From a bacterium (lineage in GTDB: Bacteria > Margulisbacteria > Marinamargulisbacteria > SXXA01): a stretch of 64,000 bases of DNA. The translations under genes were made by a program, and so were the position numbers. The stretch is taken from the NCBI GenBank assembly GCA_947465765.1, contig CANIAP010000001.1:9349-73348 (forward strand), read 5' to 3'. Of the stretch, positions 56,876 through 64,000 are shown piece after piece; within the stretch, counting starts at the first letter, position 1; each line of letters starts with the position of its first letter. Under the pieces are notes generated by a model. It had not been told where the DNA came from, made no database searches, and saw only the letters and a program-made list of their open reading frames with translations.

Positions 56876-57703
56876 ATGAGACTCAATCGTAGGCCTAATA
56901 TTTTTCTGACTCACGGGTTCTCCCTTTGTCTGGGCGTTTTGTCGATTTTGTTTTGTTTTGTTCGGACGATCGAGGCGAGATTTATGCCTGAGATCCAGGA
57001 GATTGAAGATCCCTCCATTCGGATGGTGGTTCAGTCGATGCGAGCCCATCAAACCCAATGGTATGCCATTTTGGTGCAAACCACGAACGTGGACACCCCA
57101 GGGTATATTGAGCCCGGGGGATATAACTACAAGGATAAAGATGGAAATATTGAAATGATGCCATTTTATCGGTTTCGATCAGGTCCGGTTATAGAGACCA
57201 GCCAGCCGTTGGATTTTTATCTTGACGCAAGTAGTCGGGGATTTTTTCAGGTGTTGGTTCCCACGGGTTTGGGCTACACCCGAGATGGTCGATTTGCATT
57301 GACGTTAAATCGCAAGTTAGTCATGGTTGCTGGCGGATTTCCGGTATTGGGTGAGCGGGGAGAGATTTATCTACCCCCTGGAAACGAAATCGCAGTGTCT
57401 AAGACGGGCCAGATTTTTGTGGATGGATCGCCTGTCGACCGTATGAAAGTGATTCTCTTTAAAGATAAGGGCCTCAAGCAATTAGATTCGTTAAACGGCA
57501 GTATTTTTTATTGTTCAGGGGATCCCGACATTGAGCTTGAGGGTGAGTACGGGGTTAGGCAGGGGTTTTTGGAGCAAAATAACGTTTTGAAAGCGCTGGT
57601 GGGCGATGGGGCTATGGCGGCGCGTGCCTATGAAGCAACCTCCAAAGCAGGGAAGTCTATTACCAAGGAAATGAGCTCTGCAATTCAGTTGGGCAGTCCG
57701 TAA
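56876..57703 (+). CDS. flgF: FlgF-like rod protein with signal-peptide-like N-terminus
   Basis: NVDTPGY, GPVIETSQPLD...GFF, YTRDGRF and QGFLEQ..V...RAYEA. Precedes flgG. An alternative start is ATG 56984. Confidence 0.75.
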   Translation: MRLNRRPNIFLTHGFSLCLGVLSILFCFVRTIEARFMPEIQEIEDPSIRMVVQSMRAHQTQWYAILVQTTNVDTPGYIEPGGYNYKDKDGNIEMMPFYRFRSGPVIETSQPLDFYLDASSRGFFQVLVPTGLGYTRDGRFALTLNRKLVMVAGGFPVLGERGEIYLPPGNEIAVSKTGQIFVDGSPVDRMKVILFKDKGLKQLDSLNGSIFYCSGDPDIELEGEYGVRQGFLEQNNVLKALVGDGAMAARAYEATSKAGKSITKEMSSAIQLGSP

Positions 57704-57793
57704 AAGAAACGCGTTGAGAGACTGGTGTCGGGGGCGGATGTTTGGATTTGGTTTTTTATGTCGATAGTTCGATAATCCTAGGAGGTAATAATC

Positions 57794-58597
57794 ATGATTT
57801 CACAGATGCATATGGCCAAATCTGCGTTGTTCGCGTTTCAGCGAAAATTGCAGGTTATCGTTAATAATATTTCAAACGCTCAGACCGTTGGTTACAAACG
57901 ACGCAGCGTTGAGATGGAAAGCTTGTTTCCATTGGTTTTGGAATCCGTAATCAATGAAGGCGATGATAGCGTTGCCGGCAATTCCACTAGCCGTAAACGG
58001 TATGTTGAATACGGACAAGGTGTCCGGATTGCAGATATTCGTAAAGATATGACTCCCGGAAGTATCGAGGTGACTAATCAACCCCTGGATATGGCCATTG
58101 ATGGGGCTGGTTTTTTTCAGTTTAGGATGAGTGACGGGCAGGTTGCTTTTGGCCGTGCCGGCAATTTGCACGTAGATGCTGAAGGTAACGTGGTGGATCC
58201 TAATGGACATCCACTTGAACCCGCGATTCGCCTTCCTCGTGAATTTTCTGAAGTCATCATTAACGATGAGGGCAAAGTGTTTATACAGACCAATGGAGAT
58301 CCTACTCCACGAGAAGTCGGGCAGATCCTATTGGCTGTTTTTCCAAACTCAGGGGGATTGAAGGACGTTGGGCAAAATTTATATTCCCAAACGGCAGCAT
58401 CCGGGGATCCGAGTTTCGAAGTGCCGGGGCGGGCGCTTGCGGGAGCGATTAAGCAGCGTGCCCTAGAGTTTTCCAACGTTAACGTTATTGAAGAAATGAT
58501 GTCCATGGTTTTGTGTCAGCGTGCCTTTGACGTTACGATTAAGGCCATTAACTCTGGTGACGCGATGTTGAAATCTGGAAGCGATCTCGGAAAATAA
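57794..58597 (+). CDS. flgG: Distal rod protein FlgG
   Basis: NNISNAQTVGYK, GQGV, LDMAIDGAGFFQ, RAGN, GL..VGQNLY..T.ASG and LEFSNVNVIEEM. SD aggaggt. Confidence 0.93.
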   Translation: MISQMHMAKSALFAFQRKLQVIVNNISNAQTVGYKRRSVEMESLFPLVLESVINEGDDSVAGNSTSRKRYVEYGQGVRIADIRKDMTPGSIEVTNQPLDMAIDGAGFFQFRMSDGQVAFGRAGNLHVDAEGNVVDPNGHPLEPAIRLPREFSEVIINDEGKVFIQTNGDPTPREVGQILLAVFPNSGGLKDVGQNLYSQTAASGDPSFEVPGRALAGAIKQRALEFSNVNVIEEMMSMVLCQRAFDVTIKAINSGDAMLKSGSDLGK

Positions 58598-58604
58598 ATT
58601 TAGT

Positions 58605-59327
58605 TTGGCTAAAATATTTCTTTTTGTATTTTTAAGTGTATTTATTTCAGCGAGGGCCAGCTTTGGGATGACGGTTGCCGAAGCGCAAAACCAAATGAAA
58701 ACCGCAATTTCTGAAAGAGTCAGTCGGCAGCTAAGTCGTTTTTCTGATTTAGAATTAAATGTCCAAGTGCACCTTCCCCATCAGTCGATGTCCCTCTTGG
58801 AAGGGGCGGCTAGTGTTGATTTTCAATTGTCTGACTATGGGAACTATGTGGGCAGATCGTCTATCCCTATTGGGCTTCTCGATTCCCGTCATCGTGTTTT
58901 TTCGACCGTGAAGGCGGTTGTGGATGTCTCCGTCATTGGCGGGTATGTGGTGGCGACCCATGTTCTTGCGAAGGGTCAGAGAATTGCCTCTGAAGATGTG
59001 ATGCTTCGGCGTGGCACAGTTAATGACTTGTCCCGACAGTCCTTTGGTTCGGTGGATATGGTTCTAGGTAAGGAATTGTTGGCTGCCGTTTCCGATGGCG
59101 TTCCGTTGACTCAAATAGTGGTTCGCGATATCCCCGATGTTAGGCGGGGCGATTCTGTTTTAGTGGATTACCGAAACGGTGGGGTCCAGCTGCGGGTACC
59201 CGGGGAGGCCATGGCAGATGGACGAATTGGTGATCGAATTCGTATTCGGTTGAAATTGGATTCCCATAAGATAATGGAGGGTAAAATTGTTGATTCAACG
59301 ACAGTTCGCGTTAGCTCTAGTTACTAG
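58605..59327 (+). CDS. flgA: P-ring formation chaperone FlgA
   Basis: Signal peptide, SAF-like region, and VRRGDSV...GEAMADGRIGDRIRIR. Lies between flgG and flgH. Confidence 0.85.
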   Translation: MAKIFLFVFLSVFISARASFGMTVAEAQNQMKTAISERVSRQLSRFSDLELNVQVHLPHQSMSLLEGAASVDFQLSDYGNYVGRSSIPIGLLDSRHRVFSTVKAVVDVSVIGGYVVATHVLAKGQRIASEDVMLRRGTVNDLSRQSFGSVDMVLGKELLAAVSDGVPLTQIVVRDIPDVRRGDSVLVDYRNGGVQLRVPGEAMADGRIGDRIRIRLKLDSHKIMEGKIVDSTTVRVSSSY

Positions 59328-59907
59328 TGTATTAGTTGTAATGGCTGTTCCGTTGTATGCCGATTCACTTTGGGATTCTGGTAAAGGGAATCTTTATAGT
59401 GTGGAACGTCGTCGCCCTAAGGTTGGGGACGTAGTCACTATTGTTGTTTCTGAGGCATCGAGTGCACAACAAGAGGCAACGACCCGGACATCTAAACAAT
59501 CGGGCATCGGTATTAACTTTGAATCAGGGTGGGATCAGGTTGCTAACTTATTGGGTAGCGAAACTATTCGAAAAACCTATTCAGGAAAAATAAAAGGTGG
59601 CGATGACTATCTCGGGAGCGGCCAGACTGCAAGAAAGAGTACGGTGCGGGCTATGGTTACGGCCGTAATTACTGAAATTTTGGAAAATGGCAATGTTTAC
59701 GTCGTTGGAGAACATAAGGTAAAAGTAAATCAAGAAATGGAGACCATTCGTGTTTCTGGAATTATTCGGCCTGGAGATATTAGTGCCACCAATACGATTG
59801 ATTCTTATAAAATAGCCAAGGCTGAAGTGTCGGTTAATGGGTCGGGTGTGGTTGGATCAAAACAGTCTCCTGGAGTGCTTACCAAAATGTTCAGCTGGTT
59901 TTTTTAA
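59287..59907 (+). CDS. flgH: L-ring protein FlgH (no lipobox Cys)
   Basis: SLW, VGDVVTIVVSE, ENGNVYVVG.HKVKVNQE, SGIIRP.DI...NTI.S.KIA and Q.PG.L...F. SD ggagg. Confidence 0.9.
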   Translation: MLIQRQFALALVTSVLVVMAVPLYADSLWDSGKGNLYSVERRRPKVGDVVTIVVSEASSAQQEATTRTSKQSGIGINFESGWDQVANLLGSETIRKTYSGKIKGGDDYLGSGQTARKSTVRAMVTAVITEILENGNVYVVGEHKVKVNQEMETIRVSGIIRPGDISATNTIDSYKIAKAEVSVNGSGVVGSKQSPGVLTKMFSWFF

Positions 59908-59908
59908 T

Positions 59909-61021
59909 ATGAAAACGATCATGACGCATATTTGGATACTGCTCATTGTAATTCTAACCCCTATCATGGTGGTTGCAGACGCCCTGCCTGTACGCCTTAA
60001 GGATGTTGGAAAGATGTTTGAGGCCCGAGATAATCAGTTGATAGGGTATGGCTTGGTGGTAGGGCTGCGAGGAACGGGTGATACCCGTTTAAGTGGGTTT
60101 ACTGAAGCGTCGTTAAGCAATCTATTGAGGAAAATGGGAATTGCGTCGACCGGGCAGTCTTTTGGCTCACGGAATGTGGCGTCCGTTATGGTGACTGCGT
60201 CGTTGCCGCCGTTTGTTCGTAAAGGACAAAAGATTTCCGTCACCGTGTCCGCCCTTGGGGATTCGACCAATTTGTCTGGCGGGACATTGATCATTACGCC
60301 TCTTATGGGTGCAGATATGAATATTTATGCCGTTGCACAAGGGAATGTTCTTGTCGGGGGTATTAGCGAAACCTCGGCTCAGGGGAGATATTCAAGGAAC
60401 CAAACCAATTCTGGAACAATTCCGCAAGGAGCGATTGTTGAGGAAGAAGTGGCGGTGACGATGACTGATTTACATAATTTGACTTTCGTATTGAATGAAG
60501 CCAATTTTATTACTACTGCGCGTGCAGTGCAGGCGGTGCAAGCTGCGGGCTTCAAGGGAGCAAAGGCGATTGATGCAACCATGATAAAAATCCCATTGTC
60601 CGATCTTGATTCCACCGATTTGGTGTCGGCGATTGCGCAGATCGAGAATATCTCTTTTGTGCCTGATTCATCTGTAAAAGTAGTCATTGATTCACGATCC
60701 GGAACAATTGTTATCGGCGAAATGGTGCGCTTGGCGCCAGTTGCGTTGACTCACGGTAGTATTTCGATTCGGGTAACGGATGCTGCAGGTGGTGGGGCGG
60801 CTCCGGCATTGGGTGGCGGTGGTCAAGGGGCTGCCCCGGCGAATGAATCAATTCGTGTTGATGAGTCGGAAAATAAATTTATTTACATCAATCCAACGTC
60901 GACGTTGTCTAGTCTGGTCAATTCTTTAAACGAAATAGGTGCATCGCCACGAGATATGGCGTCGATCATTCAAGCGCTAAAAGAATCAGGCTCATTGGTT
61001 GCGGATGTTCAGATCCTATGA
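59909..61021 (+). CDS. flgI: P-ring protein FlgI
   Basis: RLKD...RDNQLIGYGLVVGLRGTGD, NVASVMVTASLPPF and IIQALKESGSL. Start placed at ATG 59909. Confidence 0.94.
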   Translation: MKTIMTHIWILLIVILTPIMVVADALPVRLKDVGKMFEARDNQLIGYGLVVGLRGTGDTRLSGFTEASLSNLLRKMGIASTGQSFGSRNVASVMVTASLPPFVRKGQKISVTVSALGDSTNLSGGTLIITPLMGADMNIYAVAQGNVLVGGISETSAQGRYSRNQTNSGTIPQGAIVEEEVAVTMTDLHNLTFVLNEANFITTARAVQAVQAAGFKGAKAIDATMIKIPLSDLDSTDLVSAIAQIENISFVPDSSVKVVIDSRSGTIVIGEMVRLAPVALTHGSISIRVTDAAGGGAAPALGGGGQGAAPANESIRVDESENKFIYINPTSTLSSLVNSLNEIGASPRDMASIIQALKESGSLVADVQIL

Positions 61022-61449
61022 GAAATGGATTCTGGGCCTTTTTTCTTGGCGCTGTGGCACTATTTTCGGGGGTCATTATGGGATCTGAAATGGACGTGAT
61101 GCTGAGTGCTGATCGAATGTCCAGCGCCCGTGGTGCAGGTAAGGATCCGTCGAAGTCGATGGAGGAAATTCAATCGTACCTACTCGAAACTTTGTTTTTG
61201 CAACCTTTTTCGGATAGTAATCAGTCCGTTTTAACGGATGAAGAAGAGGGAGAAATGGGGTCCTTCGCCGATAAGTCGATGCAGCAATCGATGATGAATC
61301 GTGCCTTTGCGAAGCAATTAGCAAAACGGGATTTGTTGGGGCTCAAAAAACACTATATTCGGCCTGATGTCCCGTACACGGCTCCGAAGATTGATGTTCC
61401 TGAGTCGATTAGTGCTGCTCCGTATTTGGTAGGATCGTTGTCGGATTAG
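61018..61449 (+). CDS. flgJ: Short FlgJ-like rod-binding protein (no muramidase) with signal-peptide-like N-terminus
   Basis: Position after flgI with an ATGA overlap. LETLFLQ...QSMMNRAFAKQLAKRDLLGL resembles the rod-binding domain. Confidence 0.6.
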   Translation: MRNGFWAFFLGAVALFSGVIMGSEMDVMLSADRMSSARGAGKDPSKSMEEIQSYLLETLFLQPFSDSNQSVLTDEEEGEMGSFADKSMQQSMMNRAFAKQLAKRDLLGLKKHYIRPDVPYTAPKIDVPESISAAPYLVGSLSD

Positions 61450-61465
61450 GTAGGGAGTTGAGTCG

Positions 61466-62209
61466 TTGGCGAAGGAAGTAAATAAGGTGGATGTAAATCG
61501 TTTGCAGCACCAATCGCTCATGCAAAATCGGCCGTTGCCACCTTTGGATGATAATTTTGTAAGAGAACATCAGTCGATGATTGAGGCGATAGCGTCTGGA
61601 ATTGTGGGTCGAGGATCGTTGCCGACCGGAGTCGATTTTGATGATTTAGTAAGTTGGGGTGGGGAAGGCCTTATTAAGGCGTATCGGAGCTATCGGCCTG
61701 ACAAGGGGACTGTATTTAAAACCTATGCGTACTATCGGATTCGTGGTGAAATGTACGATCGAATTCGGTCGGAATGGCAGTATCGAAATCCAGCTGATTA
61801 TGCAGAGCAACGGCGAAAGATTCAGGAACGTATCGCTGATGTTGTTGAGGAAGCATTAGCCAACAATAGTGATGTGTCTGGATCTGAGATCGAAGAACGA
61901 ATGACTCACTTGATATATGACTCAGCGGTGGTGTGTTTGGTCTCGTTAGAGGGGATTGAAGACGTAGAGGGGGTTTCCGATGAGCAGTTTGATGCCGCAG
62001 AAACCAATCATTCGGAGCTCTGGGATGAAATCGCCAAACTCGATACGGAAGAACGCCAAGTGATAGAAATGTTTTATGTGCATGGGCTTAAACAAAAAGA
62101 AATTTCAGAAAAGATGAATCAGTCCCGGAGTCGTGTGTGTCGAATTCATATGAAAGTTCTTGATAAATTGCGTCGTCGCCTGTCTCTGCAAAAATTGCAG
62201 AGTTCGTAA
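61466..62209 (+). CDS. fliA: FliA/WhiG family (sigma28) sigma factor
   Basis: LP..VDFDDLVSWG..GL, FKTYAYYRIRGEMYD, and region 4 L.QKEISE.M..S.SRVCRIH. Confidence 0.88.
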   Translation: MAKEVNKVDVNRLQHQSLMQNRPLPPLDDNFVREHQSMIEAIASGIVGRGSLPTGVDFDDLVSWGGEGLIKAYRSYRPDKGTVFKTYAYYRIRGEMYDRIRSEWQYRNPADYAEQRRKIQERIADVVEEALANNSDVSGSEIEERMTHLIYDSAVVCLVSLEGIEDVEGVSDEQFDAAETNHSELWDEIAKLDTEERQVIEMFYVHGLKQKEISEKMNQSRSRVCRIHMKVLDKLRRRLSLQKLQSS

Positions 62210-62219
62210 GGAGTATCGT

Positions 62220-62615
62220 TTGAAACGGATTAGTGGTGGTCTGGTGCTAGTTGCCCTTATTCTTTTATCGAGCCAAGCGGTTGCCGATGTTCCTAAGTCC
62301 ATTGATCGGATGTTTTACAGTGAGCCTTACTATAGTGTCGAAGCGGCTATTTTTGAGCGATCTCAACGTCATGCTATTTATGCGTATATTATCTCGAACA
62401 TGACAACGCCAGGGTTTGACCCCATGAAATATCTACCGGCAGATGATCAAGCGGATCTAAACGCGATTGTTCCCGACAAAAAATTTATCCGTGAGGTCTT
62501 GGTCGAATTCTTGATGACTCGGATGTCTGATAATAATAGAAAAGATACGGCCCTAATGACGATTTGGAAAAATAAAAAGGATAGTCTTCAGCGTATCGTT
62601 ACGCTCGGGAAATAA
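62220..62615 (+). CDS. flgB: Divergent FlgB-like proximal rod protein with signal peptide
   Basis: SD aaggag plus TTG 62220. RHAIYAYIISNMTTPGF resembles FlgB RQ..IA.NIAN.DTPGY, and MTRMSDNN....ALMTIWKNK..SLQRIV resembles the FlgB C-terminal helix. Directly before flgC. Confidence 0.65.
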   Translation: MKRISGGLVLVALILLSSQAVADVPKSIDRMFYSEPYYSVEAAIFERSQRHAIYAYIISNMTTPGFDPMKYLPADDQADLNAIVPDKKFIREVLVEFLMTRMSDNNRKDTALMTIWKNKKDSLQRIVTLGK

Positions 62616-62617
62616 CG

Positions 62618-63067
62618 ATGAAATATTACGTGTCTTTTTTGATTGTGGTGGCGTCCGTATCGAGTGCGTTAATGGCGCAGGGGTTGGATTCAGCATTGCG
62701 GTATAGTGCGTCCGGGCTCATGGTTCAGAGAATGAGGTTGTCGATTACTGCTCAAAATATCGCGAATATTTCAACATTTAAAGACGAAGCCACGGGGTTG
62801 CCGTATCAGAAACAATTTGCGATAGTTGAAGCTACTGCGGATGGAGTTCGTATTAAATCGGTTAAAAAAAGTAATGAACCCTTTAATCGCTATTTTGATC
62901 CCGCGGTGCCTCAATCGGATGAAAACGGCTACTTTTATTATCCTAATGTTAATTTGCCAGACGAAATGACTAATTTGACATATACGGAGGCAATGTACGA
63001 AGCTAACGTTTCTGCATTTAAGACGGGTAAAGCGTTGTATCAAGCGGCAATAGACGCATTGAAGTGA
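62618..63067 (+). CDS. flgC: Proximal rod protein FlgC with signal-peptide-like N-terminus
   Basis: SASGLMVQRMRL..TAQNIANIST, PY, DP..P..DENGY..YPNVN...EM and YEANV. Confidence 0.9.
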   Translation: MKYYVSFLIVVASVSSALMAQGLDSALRYSASGLMVQRMRLSITAQNIANISTFKDEATGLPYQKQFAIVEATADGVRIKSVKKSNEPFNRYFDPAVPQSDENGYFYYPNVNLPDEMTNLTYTEAMYEANVSAFKTGKALYQAAIDALK

Positions 63068-63079
63068 AAAAGGAGTATC

Positions 63080-63769
63080 ATGATGATCGAATCCGTTAAA
63101 ACGTTGAGTGGGATTGCAAAGGCAGCAACTGCGTCGGTATCTGGTAGTGGGTCCGTATTGAGCGACCCGTCTCGGTTCAAACAAATGTTGGGTGACGCGC
63201 TACAAGAAAAAATGGCGATTGATAATTCGCGTGCCCAGGGCATTGTCGAAGAATTAACGCCCGAAATGGCGGGTCAGTTTTTCGCTCAAATTATTCCGGA
63301 AGATGAATTTAACCCTAAAATTGAACGCCTTGATAAACAGGGGGTGCCACTTGGCGGGACCCGTCCAGAATCGAATGGAAACGTTTCGGACTGGACGTTG
63401 GCCCAGTCTCCTGCGGGAGGCGCTACGAAGGCCGTTGGGCAAGATCCTAATCAGCAGGCGGTCATGGCCCCCCTTAACCGTCCATTAGGTGTGGGCACAT
63501 TAGACTCTGCTGTCCCAGGCGCGCGTCCGCCCCGGGTGGAGGTAACTCCGTTTCAGTTTTTCCTAGATAAAGCGGTTGATTTTTTCCTGAAGGTATCTGA
63601 TTTGGAGCGTAAGTCGGATATGATTATGGTGGATTACACCAATGGTAAGGCGTCATTAGAAGAAGTTATGGTTGAAAAGGCCAAGGTAAGTGTGGCACTA
63701 TCTTTTTCGGTGACATTGGTTAATCAAGTAACCCAGTCGTTTAAAGAAATTCAAGGCATGCAGGTTTAG
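63080..63769 (+). CDS. fliE: Elongated FliE
   Basis: C-terminal G.ASLEEVMV..AK..VALSF.V...NQV.QSFKEIQGMQV. Follows flgC. Confidence 0.8.
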   Translation: MMIESVKTLSGIAKAATASVSGSGSVLSDPSRFKQMLGDALQEKMAIDNSRAQGIVEELTPEMAGQFFAQIIPEDEFNPKIERLDKQGVPLGGTRPESNGNVSDWTLAQSPAGGATKAVGQDPNQQAVMAPLNRPLGVGTLDSAVPGARPPRVEVTPFQFFLDKAVDFFLKVSDLERKSDMIMVDYTNGKASLEEVMVEKAKVSVALSFSVTLVNQVTQSFKEIQGMQV

Positions 63770-63804
63770 TGACAGGATCATAATTCAATGATTAGGAAAG
63801 CCTC

Positions 63805-64000
63805 ATGGCGGAAGTAGAAGAATACGAAGACGGAGTAGACGGTGATTCAGTTCCGTCTCTTACCCGTCGGTCAGGCATTTTTTCCCGTAGCCGTTTAGTG
63901 GGGATTGCGGGTGCTACAGCGGTTGCATTGGGTTCAGGTGCGGTTTACATGATGTGGACGCCATCGAGTCCTAAAATTGTTGATCCCGCAGTGTTGGCGG
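63805..64000 (+). CDS. Membrane protein, 3'-truncated by window edge; possibly FliF
   Basis: Open frame MAEVEEYEDG...RLVGIAGATAVALGSGAVYMMW with one TM. The FliF guess rests only on the usual fliE-fliF order. Confidence 0.45.
   Translation, partial: MAEVEEYEDGVDGDSVPSLTRRSGIFSRSRLVGIAGATAVALGSGAVYMMWTPSSPKIVDPAVLA

Noticed and set aside
57741-57775. Sigma28-like -10 boxes (gtcgatag, ttcgataa) before flgG
   Set aside because: No TAAA -35 at the right spacing, so too weak to call.
1-64000. tRNA, rRNA, known riboswitches, IS elements, prophage
   Set aside because: None recognised by eye in the few intergenic gaps. A tRNAscan/Rfam run would be needed to exclude small RNAs.

Overview
Bacterial chromosomal window, gene-dense, with no rRNA, tRNA or CRISPR array recognised. 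It combines Terrabacteria-type genes (cinA-recA-rny-ymdB, rsmD-coaD-DivIVA-like-rph) with outer-membrane genes (lptB, one lptF/G, two GT9 heptosyltransferase-like genes, flgH/flgI). This suggests a diderm Terrabacterium, possibly Margulisbacteria-like; that taxonomy is inference only. Most of the window is housekeeping: metK, pyrD, purL, recG, rho, hemA/C/D/B/L and a large NAD-GDH. Three things stand out. (1) A modified flagellar basal-body system. The FlgB-, FlgC-, FlgF- and FlgJ-like proteins carry apparent Sec signal peptides. A separate four-gene operon encodes a TPR-SPOR protein, a fusion of signal peptide, FliF ring domain, TM and FliG, plus MotA and MotB. Together these hint at a rotary machine built partly without the flagellar type III export gate. 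(2) A KamA-family radical-SAM aminomutase lacking the lysine-binding aspartates sits in an operon with a class-III aminotransferase and a BKACE, next to acetoacetate-CoA ligase and NAD-GDH. This is a candidate glutamate to beta-glutamate to 3-oxoglutarate to malonyl-CoA route. (3) A PhcB-like methyltransferase is translationally coupled to a 7TM-GAF-PP2C sensor, a candidate signal synthase/receptor pair. All assignments come from motifs read by eye; no searches were run.
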